This document shows positions 1 to 12,260 of a DNA stretch of 64,000 nucleotides, in pieces; the first letter of the stretch is position 1; the number at the start of each line of letters is the position of its first letter. Source of the DNA: Utricularia gibba (Eukaryota > Plantae > Magnoliophyta); assembly GCA_002189035.1 (NCBI GenBank), contig CM007989.1, positions 1,674,001 through 1,738,000 on the forward strand, read 5' to 3'. The notes beneath the pieces were generated by a model, which ran no database searches, was not told where the DNA came from, and saw only the letters and a list, made by a program, of their open reading frames with translations. A program made the position numbers and the translations under genes.

Positions 1-142
1 TGGTTTTTCTCAAATTGAAGGAATTTAGATTCATTAACTGTTCATACATATCTCGACTCTTTGTTTCAAATGGTCCCTAACACTCTGGTTGATTGCTTTT
101 TAAGATGAAAGCGTGGATTTCTTACTTGTTTCTTATCCATAG

Positions 143-463
143 GCATTAGATGCAAAGGTGATTGTATTCAAGAAGAAACGACGAAAGAACTATCGAAGGA
201 AAAACGGTCATAGGCAGGTAACTGAGGGGATATTACAAGACTCATGCCACCTATAACATCAGCACCCTTCTTCCTTGCCATAATCCGCTCACCCCATGTT
301 GCAGGAACTAACCAAACTAAGGATCACAAGAATTGAAGGAATCGAGGTACCAGAGGACATAAAAACACCTTCAAGGAGTGAGAAGAAGCAAAAGCCAGAA
401 ACTCTTCCCCATCTGAAAGTCCCTCTTGAAAAGGATGGCCTGGAAGCGCTTTCACCTGCGTAG
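143..463 (+). CDS. RPL21: 50S ribosomal protein L21 (organellar type), last two exons; 5' part lies outside the window
   Basis: Exons 143-217 and 305-463 joined by a GT-AG intron give ALDAKVIVFKKKRRKNYRRKNGHRQ|ELTKLRITRIEGI...*, the bL21 C-terminal signature. Confidence 0.9.
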
Positions 464-1459
464 CTAAGAGGTTTCCAGTAAGTCATGTAAGACTTTTTAT
501 TATGTTACCAAAACTGGAGAGCGACTGCAGATCAATCTCTTCTCTCCTTCAAGATGCCTCTGCAAAGCTTCATTCAGCATACATAATCTTCACGGCTTAA
601 GACTGGATATCCGCAATTTACGAGAAAGGTATTTGTTATTTTTTTTTTTTGGGATAAATTAGAAAGAAAAATTAAAATGAGTAAAATTTGGGTTTGGAAC
701 TTAGGAAAAAGGATGGCTTTAAACCTAGATATTGAAATTCCAGCTATTTTAAGAAGAAAGGAGCACATCTGGGGCCCACTCCATGACAAGAAAGTGTAAA
801 ACCCTTTTTCTTTTCCATTTGCCTTTTGTTTTGTTCCTTTCTAAAACTTGCCATTTTTATTCACAATATTTCATTTTTAGATAATAAAAGAAAGTGACTC
901 AAAAGGTGCAGCGAGCCAGCTGTTGATGATTAGACTGCTTGATTCGTGATTAAGTGGTTAATTATTTTGTTGGATGAATTTTAATCATTTCTTATATATA
1001 TATTTATATCAAAGACATAAAACAGAAAAAGAAAAATCATTGAATCTGAATGTGGGAAAGTAGCCGCATCGGAATTTTCACTATGCGGCGAATACGTCGG
1101 CAGATGGCCCTTTTTTTTGCTTTCCAGGCAGTGCTGGCGTGGGATGCCCCTCATTGCACGTTCTCCGCGGTCGTACTCCGAAAAAGGGGACAACGGCCCT
1201 CGAATCTCGTATTCGCTAGGGTTTGGAATCGTCAAACCTTGGGCGAAGCTGTTACCCACCTACCGTTGGCTTTCCTTTCTATGTTATATATGGGATATTG
1301 TGCGTGGATCTTTCTCTTTATCCAAACCCTTTTTTGAATTTGCGCTCGTGTCCAAGGTTTCTGCTTCACTCCTGCATTTTGTTTCTACTCAATCTACCTG
1401 CATTGTGAGGTTATTTTCGGACTGGGTTTGTTATTTTGTCGACGGGTAATCAGGCCGAT

Positions 1460-3175
1460 ATGGAGGAGAAATATGGGTATGCGTGATTTCTTTCGATCTA
1501 ATTCTGCTTTGTTTTGGGCGATGGAGCTGTTGATTTATTGTTGGTGTGGCGAAATTTCAGCTGCTCGCATTATCGGAGAAGGTGCAAGATCGTAGCCCCT
1601 TGTTGTGAAGAAACGTTTGACTGCAGGCACTGCCACAATGATGCAAAGGTAGCTGCTGTGCCTTAAGGGAGTGCATGAAACCGGAAAAAGAATGAACTAA
1701 AGATTCCTTAACCTTTTACTGCAGAATTCTTTAGAAGTAGATCCACTCGACAGGCATGATATCCCTCGTCATGAAATAAAAAAGGCATGTTTGCAATTTC
1801 AAGAATCTATGTTGTTCTTTCTATGGTTGCATCAATGGGTGATGTTTACTCGTTCCCTTTTCTCTGACGTGCTCTCAGATCATCTGCACCATGTGTGACA
1901 CCAAACAGGATGTGAGTTCCAATTTTTATTCAAGATTGTGAAATCTGCGCATGGTCTTGCTAGTATTTCGATGATACAGTTACCCAATATTCTACTGCAG
2001 GTCCAACAAACATGTATCAATTGTGGAGTTTGCATGGGGAAGTACTTTTGTTCGAAATGCAAGTTCTTCGATGATGATGTAAATTCCCTTTTCCTATTCG
2101 TGGTGATAGGTAGAGCCTAACAATGCCCTTTAACCTCAATCTCTTGTGTAATGTTATTTGATTCTCCATCTCAGGTATCAAAGAAGCAGTATCACTGCGA
2201 TAAATGTGGGATCTGCAGGTTAGTTCCATATACTCCTCTCAAGAGTGATCCCTCTTTCTGAAAATTTACATGGCATTTTTTCACTTCCTTGTTACAGAAC
2301 CGGTGGCAAAGAAAATTTCTTCCACTGCGATCGTTGTGGTACATTTATGATTGATTGCTGTTTATTCTCCACTGTTTAGCTAACAAGTCAGCGTTTCTGT
2401 TTCAGCATGTTGCTATTCAACACTACTGAAGAAGTCACACGTGTGTATAGAGAGAGCTATGCACCATAATTGTCCAGTTTGCTTTGAGGTGTGGAGTCTT
2501 TTTTCTTGTTGCAAGTTTCACCAAAATGGCTTGAACTGATTTTTTTTTCGAAGCCTGCTTTTGTTGAATCAACAATGATATTGTCTTTATATCTCTGACA
2601 TGGAACATATTCTTGGTTGTGGCAGTATCTTTTCGATACAATGAGAGACATAACAGTTCTGCCATGTGGCCACACGATCCATCTTTACTGTGTTAAGGAA
2701 TTGGGGCGACATTCCCAGTATGATTTTCCCTTCAAATCCAGTTTCGTGCTGCTTTGAGCTATTTGGTTGCATTCATTACAAACAAACTGTGTTGCAGGTA
2801 TGCTTGCCCAGTTTGCTCGAAATCGTATTGCGACATGAGTCGTGTCTGGGAGAAGCTCGACGGCGAGGTAGATAAACAAGCTCATTTCCAACTAAGGCAT
2901 ATACTCTGCATTTGCAATATTTTCTCATTATTCATTCATACTTCAGGTTGCTTCAATGCCTATGCCTGAGATTTATCAGAACAAAATGGTAAGAACTCTG
3001 TTTGTTCCCACCCTCAAAGAAACGAAGAACGGGGTTTGATAAACAGTCTGATGCTTTGCAGGTGTGGATACTCTGTAATGACTGCGGAGAATCATCTGAA
3101 GTGAATTTTCACTTTGTTGCTCACAAATGCCTGAACTGCAATTCTTACAACACGAAGCAGACAAATCCCTACTAA
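1460..3175 (+). CDS. CHY zinc-finger / RING E3 ubiquitin ligase (RZFP34/CHYR/MIEL1 family), 12 exons
   Basis: Manual splicing gives [16 protein letters not shown]...[18 protein letters not shown]...PCGHTIH...CPVCSKS and WILCNDCG...[11 protein letters not shown], all in frame. The intron at 1785-1878 has a GC donor. The start codon is the least certain part. Confidence 0.93.
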
Positions 3176-3672
3176 TAGTCGATGCTCAGTAGCTGCAGGC
3201 ATGTTCTTTGTGCATTATTTGTCAGGAAAACAGCTCCATTTCTTCATTCAGCCAAATTGCATGAATTTTTCGTAAGTTCAGCGTTTATAAGAATCAACGG
3301 TTTGTTTTGCATGAAGGATACACAAATAAAACCCGATGATCGACTGATTAAAAGTAGATTGCCACAATTAAAAGCATTTCTACCCATATGGTGCGTTAAA
3401 ACGAAGCCTCAACAGAAGCTTAATTTGCAGTAAAATGGAAAAGGAAGAGCAAGCAATATTCTCAGTCATTCAGTAGTGATCGAAACCACTCTATCCATAC
3501 TTCAGGTTGCAATGATGAAAGACAGTTGTCGTAGCCATACATGTTCGCATAAGTAGAGGCAAGCTTTTATGTAATATGTAAGAAAGCTTAAATTTTTGAG
3601 ATGCACCATGCTGCTTATAGTTCGTTCTTCCATTCGCCTCACCAGAATGTGTTCAGCAAATAGCATGTGGCA

Positions 3673-4346
3673 TCAATCCTGTTTCTTCCCCTCCACGGTT
3701 TCGCTCTCCAGTGGAGGATGGTGACCACCAACGCCCTGCTGTATTACAGCCACATTGAAATCAAACAATTTCGCAGTAACATCCCATTTCAATAAGAAAA
3801 ACTGAAATGCACAAAATAAAATTTTAGATGCGAGAGAAGTTCAGAATCATCTTAGAAGCAACAAAGTGTCGTTTACACTCTGAATAGCACATCTGCAGAA
3901 AGCCAATGAGTTGAAGTCCTTGGACAAATTAAGCATTCATTTCTCTAGCTTCACGAAGAACTTTCATAAGTCATCGGATCGACTTACAGAATCAGGAGAG
4001 GCGGTTTTGGAAGCAGATGGTTTCATTGGGCAAGCAGGTGGTGCTCTGACGGGCCTCCGATACTCCTTCCCGAATAATCTGTACACCTTTGCCTGAATAC
4101 GTTTTTGCTAATGGATTAGAAAATTCATCCCATAACGCAAGAATCAAATCACACAGATGAAAGAGGAATCGTGGTTCACCATGATGAAATCGAACAGCAG
4201 GGGCAGCAAATTGACGATCGGACGAGAAAAAGGGGCAGGAGACAAGCCAAACACACCTGCGATTCAAAGTTCGATCGAGAATTTTTCCATCCATCAATCG
4301 CATCGTAGTACAAAAAAAAAACGTGAGTTTGATCGAGAACTACCAT
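3673..4346 (-). CDS. Putative small unknown protein (56-57 aa), 3 exons
   Basis: ATG|GTAGTT (4346-4344), exon 4092-3988 (cag|...|gtaagt) and exon 3735-3673 (NAGNAG acceptor) are all phase 0 and give MAKVYRLFGKEYRRPVRAPPACPMKPSASKTASPDSGVGGHHPPLESETVEGKKQD*. No family recognised. Confidence 0.5.
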
Positions 4347-4471
4347 TCTTTCTTCTTCTTTAGAGCTCGAATTCAGAAAATTCCTCCTGTGAATTCAACG
4401 ACAAATCTCAGACCTGTGGGAAATCCCAATAACATATGGAAAATACGGCAAAATTTTAAGAGAAATAAAAG

Positions 4472-4557
4472 TCCGACCTGCCGGATTCGAACCAGCGACC
4501 CCGGGATATCAGCAATCCTACTACAGTCCCATGCTCTGCCAACTGAGCTAAGGTCGG
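4472..4557 (-). tRNA. trnY: tRNA-Tyr(GTA) with 13-nt intron
   Basis: Reverse complement reads CCGACCTTAGCTCAGTTGGCAGAGCATGGGACTGTAG[TAGGATTGCTGAT]ATCCCGGGGTCGCTGGTTCGAATCCGGCAGGTCGGA. All four stems pair, A and B boxes are present, and TTTT follows at 4470-4467. Confidence 0.95.
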
Positions 4558-5326
4558 GAATGGATCCAAAATTTAAATGTTTTAGTACTAAACATATATT
4601 TCAAAAAAAATTACCAAAAATATAATTGAAATAATAATACAAGTTTTGAAAAAATTACCTATGCATTAAACAATATATCTAATACTGAACAAATATCTGA
4701 TTGAAAATATCAATACAAGTTGATATTGACAGTGAGAAGGCGTCAGTTGTTAGGAAAATGTTATTCACTCATCCTCCCAAAGCTCCAACTTGAAGGTATG
4801 CAGATTACGCATTTATGCCACTCCTGTTTAGTGCTAATCAAGACATTAAGCATGACTAAATATATGCTTCACATGTCACCACTTCCTCTCCCTACTGTCC
4901 TCTGAATCAAATGATCATTGGTTTTAGGTACTCGAGCTTAGCTGGTAAAAAAAAGTAAAGTATTTTCTCATGCTGGTTTCTGTTTGTTTGTGTTTTTGAT
5001 TCTGTGCAAGTCTGGGGTGGTAATTTGTAATGGTGAAACATTTGAAATCAAGCGCGGCTAAAAGGGAAAGAAAAGGAAGATTTGATTGGAAATCCAGTGT
5101 ATTAAGACTTCTCACAGCGACTTGAAACTTCTTTTATTGTCTATATTTGACTTGTGGCTCTTGGTCCCTTTCTCGCACCCATCTGGATAAATATATTGCT
5201 TCTTCTAGGAATGACCAGTGCAGTTTAAGAGACGAAAAGGGGGGTTTCATCTAGAAGCATATGACTCAAAAACGCGCATAATACCTGCTCAAGCGCAGAG
5301 ACCAGGAGGAGGAGGAGCAAGAAGAC

Positions 5327-6304
5327 ATGGGAAGAGCTCCCTGCTGTGACAAGGCAAATGTGAAGAAAGGGCCATGGTCTCCTGAAGAAGATGAAAAGCT
5401 GAGAGAGTACATAGAGAAGAATGGAACTGGTGGGAATTGGATTGCTCTTCCACACAAAGTTGGTATGTGTCTGTGTGTTCTTGCTCCTCTTCCTCCTCCT
5501 CCTCTGTGTGGGTGAATATTGATGCTGATGTTTTTCTTCCTTGGACTCTTAAGGGCTTAACAGGTGTGGGAAAAGCTGCAGACTGAGATGGCTCAACTAC
5601 TTGAGGCCAAACATCAAACATGGAGAATTTTCTGATGAGGAGAACAGAGTCATCTGCAGCCTCTTTTCCGCCATTGGAAGCAGGTAATCTTGATAAGGAT
5701 TCTTTTTCAGGAATGCATACAAGGTCTGAATTCAGTTCTAATTCTAAAGTCTTATCCAAATGAGCTACATAGACTTGTATGCAATGACTTCTCTCCAGCA
5801 GGAGTATCATTCAACAAGTTGAAATTCCAAACGCAGGTGGTCCATAATAGCAGCCCAATTGCCAGGAAGAACTGACAACGATATCAAGAACTACTGGAAC
5901 ACAAAGCTGAAGAAGAGATTCATGGCGTCTCAAGGACAATCTGCTCCTCCCCAGTCTTTCTCCACTCTTCTCAATCACCCCACAAATCTACTCTCTCCCA
6001 ATTCGAATGCCGGATTCCATTATGAACCCACTCCCACCAATCTCCTCGTCTTTGGAGGAGGCCAAGCAGCCAGAACCAGCAGCTCCCCTGAGGGTAGCAG
6101 CTGCATCACGAACCAGATGAACAATGGCAACCACTGCTCTCTGATCAGTGACAATGAGCATCGCTTCAACCCAACTTTGGCCGCAACGATGCTCTTGTGT
6201 ATGACGGGATTCAGGAGCTGAAGCAAATGATATGCTCAAGTCCTATATCCAGTGCTAATCTTGAGTTCTATATGGATTATCCGCTGGATAATGTGAGGTT
6301 CTGA
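5327..6304 (+). CDS. R2R3-MYB transcription factor, subgroup 14 (RAX/MYB36/Blind-like); one frameshift in exon 3
   Basis: Exons 5327-5462, 5554-5683 and 5837-6304 give [22 protein letters not shown]...[20 protein letters not shown] motif sits in a frame shifted by one base after about 6158-6185. Confidence 0.9.
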
Positions 6305-8918
6305 AGGCTAACTCTTTCGTCATGCTCCACTCCTGCGCAGCTAAAACTCAAGTATTTTCCAGCTTAATGTCGTGAGGCTGTATCGAACCAACACTACTTT
6401 TACCCTCTACTTGTTCTTCAAAAAATAGGGAGAGAGAGAGATTCATTGTTTAGGGTCAATGTACTAAAATAACTCAATGTAGCCTTGTTTCATTTTACAA
6501 ATAATAAATAAATATTTTTAAATATATAAATAATTACTAAATTTCCATATCACTTTATTAATGAGGCATAATTCTAATAAATTAAATAAGTTTTTCTTAA
6601 ATCATTTTATAATAATTTTTATTTTTTAAAAAAATTCATATATAAATGATACGAAACATACAAAATGAAGACAACTTAATTTTCATTTCTACATGTAAAA
6701 ATAAGAATTACAAATATATTAAAAAAGTATTGTATTTGATTTTGGTAAGTGACATCTCTATCAAACTCTTCTTCAACGAGATAATTTTGTCAATGCGAAA
6801 GGTTGATTTAGGGATGGTTTTAAAGTGATTGTTTGGTATGAATTTTAAACTTTTTATGGAAAATAAAGAAGAACAATTATCTTTGTTTTAAAATTTATTA
6901 AAAATTACAATCTAAATATTTTTTAAATAATTAATTTAATATAAATAGATTTATCTACCATATATATTTTAAGTTGAAATCTATAACTTTTATTCTTACC
7001 TTAAATCTTAAACAAAATACCAAATGTGTGGTATCAAGAAGTTTTCATCATTATTTTAAAAACTGATTGTAGAGAAATATATTAATTAGAATTACTATGC
7101 AAACCTTGTATAAGACTTTTTTTTGAGTATGATAGAGGATTCCTAGTAAGAACTCTAAAATTCAGAGTACTTGGTCCAAGGTAACCACAAGATAAGTAAT
7201 CAATTGGAAAGTCAATAGTCAAGAGAGAAAAAAAACATAAAATTATAAGTATTATATACTTGAAACGAAAAATATCATATAAGAATAGTATAAATCGTGA
7301 TAATATTTAGTTCAGTCTCATACTATATCAAAAGACTATGATTAAATTATTTTAAATTTAGGATCATTCATGATTAAAATTAAATGAAATTTGAATCATG
7401 ATCTATTTATAATTCAACAACAATTAAATTACGGGATTTCATTTTTTTGTTTAAGAAAACATAAACTGTGTTTTTTTTTTCAAACAACGATCTCATATAT
7501 TAAATTAATATTAACAATAATCATTGTTCACCTATATATATAAAATAATGGTAACTTTTGTAGGGAGACAGAATGCGTGGTGTATGGGGGCGGCCCCCGT
7601 TTCCCATTTCTCTCCATCTACTACCCTAATCGTGTCGTCCCAGACTACTCAGACAGACGTCAAGTTTGAGGCAGATGACTTTTTATTTATTGAGGTGTGC
7701 TTCACATTTTGGGAGACGTGGAGTCATCGCCATCGTGCCATTATTTTACAGGCACCCTGCCTCCTGCCTACCATAATTTTATACATTCAATTTTTCGATT
7801 TTTTTTTTTTTATATTAAATATATATTATATAAAATTAAGAGTATACTTTTATTTAAACACATCTATTTTTTCATTAATAACCAATATAAGATATCGTCA
7901 CATTACTACTAATCTCACCATAAGCAGGCGACGCTGGAGAGTATCATAATAGTCAGTACTCGAAAAAAAGAAAAAGAAAAAAAAAAGAAACAGCGAGTGG
8001 TTGGTTGCTCAAGCTAGCATCATTTTATACTATAATTAATTATTTAATGGTAGTGTGTGTGGTGTTGCTGTGTCTTTGATATGTTGAATGATTTGATATT
8101 CATTTAGTATTTTATTTTACATGACACATAAATTAATAGTTTTTTTTCAATAGAAGCACAATGCTTTTAAAAATCTAGTAAAATACTAACGAGAATCTGA
8201 GATTATAATAATACTAATAATAATTTGAAATAAAAGTAACCAGCGTTATATTTCCCCATTTTCAACCACAATAAATTGAAGAGGATCAAACATTTATTTG
8301 GTAGATTCCTTTCTTTCTTTATTATTATCATTATTTATTAGTAAATAGTTATTTATTTTTAAAAATTAAATAATTAAATATATCTAATTGATTAAAAAAA
8401 TGAATAACACTTATGTTACATAACTTTTTAACTATATTTAATAAATTCATTATACTTGTTATAATTCTTCCCATAATGAACATTTGAATTGCTTGAAATA
8501 TTTATTATTTATTCGATTTCAAATAATGATGGACGATATGATTTTTAAAGTTATTTTAATTTTTTATGATATTATTTATGTAATAAGTTGCGACTATTTC
8601 ATTGAAAATGTAATTTACTATCAAACTATAGTTTTAAACAATTTCAAAAAGACTCACCTACTTGCAATAAACTAAATCATGGTGTACTAATTCCACCATT
8701 CTTTATTATTGTGATTATTATTTGCATTTTCATTTGCATTTTACATGATTTTGATGCTATTAACTTGAAATTTAGAATTGGAGAGGAAGATCATCTGTAT
8801 TCGTTCTTTCAGAAGATAGCTGTGTCTGAAGGACTGGTGCTTATTGGATCAGAAGGCTACATGTACATGATGATCATAAAAGCAAGCAGGGATGGATGCA
8901 TAGGAGAACACAGCAGGC

Positions 8919-10115
8919 TCAAGCAGTTGGCCTACGGTCAAACCCGATCCCCGGATACTCTGTGGATGGGAAGACTTGGAAACCAGTTACAATGGCATCG
9001 GGAGGTCCCTCCGGCAACGATGCTCCATCTCTTGAACCTTCTCCGAGCTGCCGGAAAACAGGGCCTCCACGGAGCCGTCTCTCCGGTTCCGAACCCAACC
9101 ATTCAGCCCAAGTTCTGTGGCGTTGTCAACTGTCCAGTTCCTGTAGAAAACTCCTTGCACCCTCCCCTTTATCACCACCCTCACCTGCTCCTCCAAGATA
9201 GACATTCAACGTTCTTAGGATTCCATAAAGGTTACACAAACACACACGCAGGGATATTCAGTAACAATCACACTCGGGCATTCTCTTGATTGATCTTTGC
9301 AACTTGTTGTGCACACATGTACCTTCCCTTCTAACTATGCCTAGAGGAAATGCAAAGATAGTCTGCTTTCAGAAAATTTTATATGGAGTATCCGTCTTGT
9401 ACAGACATGTGTTGCATACATGGATATCAATATTTTCTGCTCTCTCATTTGACAGTTTACATGTAAAAACAGGCAATTCTAAAACCTACAAATATGACAT
9501 CAACATCTACCCAGAACAAACAAGGCCACTAATTGGTTGCAGACAAAGGTTGGACAAGTCCATGAAAAACAATCAAACGAAAAGTCATGAAATCAACATT
9601 ACCGATATCGAATTGATCCAAAGGATTGAGCATTTGATTGCAAATAAGCCTCAAACAATAGCAGGAAAAAAAAACAGGGGTGCAACTGGGCAGTATAACG
9701 TGCTCAAAATTGCGAATTGAACAAGGAAAACAATTCCCAACGTTCATTCAACCTTAACCACAATCGTACTCTACAAAAAATCATCTCCGAAATTGAGGTT
9801 TCGAAATCTCACCGTTCTGGCGACGGCTTCCGTGGGATTATCTTCACTGAACGATGAAGAGCTCATGCTGCACATAGGTGACAAAACAGAGTATAAATGA
9901 CGTCGGAGCAGAGTAGGAGGAGGATAAACACGAAGACGAAGACAACTGCGAAACGCGCGAAAACGAGAAACAACAGGATCAGGACGAAGCAGTAGAAGAG
10001 GAGGAAATTTGGCGCATCGTGTACTAACGAGCCCGCCATTCTGCGGCTTCCATGGGAGATGCAAGAGGCTCTTCTGGTGGCGTAAAACATGGGTTTCCAA
10101 GATGGAATTCGCCAT
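8919..10115 (-). CDS. Acylphosphatase with long transit-peptide-like N-terminus; one-base frameshift near 9007-9009
   Basis: Exons 10115-9813 and 9184-8919 give VRVVIKGRVQGVFYRNWT...GWVRNRRDGSVEA. Adding one G restores RRGPPDAIVTGFQVFPS...GFDRRPTA*. Confidence 0.9.
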
Positions 10116-10277
10116 CGCTTGTGGCCATGGATTCAAGAATAAAGTTTTCTGGAATTTTGATCCCAACTTTTTCTTCGATTCTCTCGCTTTTATATATATA
10201 TAAATTCACCAAATCAATGATTTCTCATCGGAATTTAAATAATGTATCCTCAGGTTCAGTTGCGCATATAATCGAAC

Positions 10278-12260
10278 ATGAAGTGGGCGCTTCGGAGCGC
10301 TATCACTTGCGCTATTCATTTTCCAACTGCTTAAACCCTAACCGCTGCTGCCGATTTCAGCCTCTCCCACCTTGCCGTGTCTACATTTCACCTCCGAAGG
10401 CTTCCGCATTCACTTCAATGGCTGGAGAAGGAAGCGTGGGCGGCGAGCCTCATTCACCTACACTTCAAGCGCTGGAGAAGCAGTTCGTGGAGTTCAGGCA
10501 CCAGCTCGACGACTCTGGAAGCTTACGCGAGCGTATTAGGAGTGTTGCTTTGGATATTGAGACCTCCACAAGGCTTATGCAATCGAGTCTTCTCCTGGTT
10601 CATCATTCCCTTCCCGTACCTCGTGCGATTTCGCGATTGCAACTCAGTATTTGCTTTAGTTCATCTTTAATGCGGCTGATTTAGTCAAAGTTGGTAGAAA
10701 TTGCCACTCTGTGAAAATTACATGGAATCTGTTGACGTTAGTTTTGCAATTTTTCTTCCCATGTGGAATTAAGAGGTCGGGTACATATTCGTCGTCCCGA
10801 TGAACTGTTAATATTTTTTTTTTTTTTTTTTTTGCAGAGGTCCTGGAGAAGGCAAAGGGGCAGATTGTTGTGCTGAGGGAACTCTACAGTAAGCTTGCAG
10901 AGATTATTCGTGAGTGTCCCGGACAATACTACAGGTAATAAAAGGAGATACTACTCGATCGTATGGGATTTCTTTCTTGGTTGGGTTCAAATGTTTCTAT
11001 TCATTTGTAGGTATCATGGAGATTGGAGGAGCGAGACGCAAACAGTGGTGTCCCTTCTCGCCTTCATCCATTTTTTAGAAACTAAGACACTTCTTTTGCA
11101 TGAAGAAGCAGAATCTAAACTCGGCTGTATGTTTTTGTTATCATTTCACGTTTTATCATTTGGTTCTATCTTCTGGGAATAAGCTGTAGTCACTGTATAA
11201 ATGTTGCATTATAATGTATTGCTTAGCACATTTGCAATATTTTTTTATTGCATTGTGCGTCCTTATTATGGTTTGAGGTTTTATGCATATGGTTTTAAAG
11301 TTCGTTCCTCCTAGTTATTGAACCTTTGCATGACCATATACCATCCGGATGTGCAGTTCCACTGAAATATTTTTTAGTGATTTTTTAAATTTCTAATATC
11401 TTAAATGGGTGGATTTAGCTTCTATCTTCTAACGCATTTCTACTGTGAGTGAGAGAGCTTTTATTTTAAGAGCGATCTGTCTGTGATTGATAAGGTCTTT
11501 CCCTATCTATACTGAATATTTATGCTTCTTGATTATACTGCAGTAAACTCTTCGGACTTTGGCCTTGATGTTGAAGACTATCTCGTGGGTAAGAAGACAC
11601 TGCACCACGTCACAACCTTTTTTGGATAGCTGAATTTTCTTACCTAGAGAATGAATGTATTTAGCACTCCGTGCGCCATCCCACTCAAAAGTGAACTCCC
11701 CTAGTTACACTTTTTGTTTCAAAAGATGTATTTATTTTGGGTTCTGATGCTCTTCTGTTTTCATCTTCATCAGGAATATGTTTTATGTCTAATGATTTGG
11801 TAAGTTTGCATATAGCATCCGTATGATTCGCTTTATAACAAAAGAAACAAATGTGAGACTTCAAAAATTCATTGAGAAAAATCCCTAGCAGAGAGTTCCA
11901 TGTGTTGGTATGGATGATAACTGCTTAATTATTGACTGTTTGTGCAGCCTAGGTATGTGGTGAATAAAGTAACTGCTGGGATTATGATTGTCCAAGAGAA
12001 GTTCTCAAGTTCTTGACCGATCTACATGCTGCGTTTCGTATGCTCAACCTCCGGAATGACTTTTTGCGCAAGAAGTTCGATGGTAATCTAGTCATCATAC
12101 AAACCATATTGCCATCTTCTCCGAAGGAATCCTTAGGTTGAAGATTCTTTCAACAGGAATGAAGTATGACCTGAGAAGAGTGGAAGAAGTCCACTATGAT
12201 GTTAAGATCAGAGGCTTGGCAACAAAAGAGCACACCGGTGAAGACCAAACAGATGGATGA
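10278..12260 (+). CDS. TSN: Translin; core start at 10418, possible upstream start at 10278; frameshift at 11978-11980
   Basis: Spliced exons give LEKQFVEFRHQLDDSGSLRERIR, GQYYRYHGDWRSETQ, GICFMSNDLPRYVVN, AAFRMLNLRNDFLRKKFDGMKYDLRRVEEVHYDVKIRGL. Confidence 0.92.

Noticed and set aside
3508-3606. Box C (ATGATGA) suggesting a C/D snoRNA
   Set aside because: No proper CTGA D box or recognisable rRNA guide; lies in convergent 3' UTRs.
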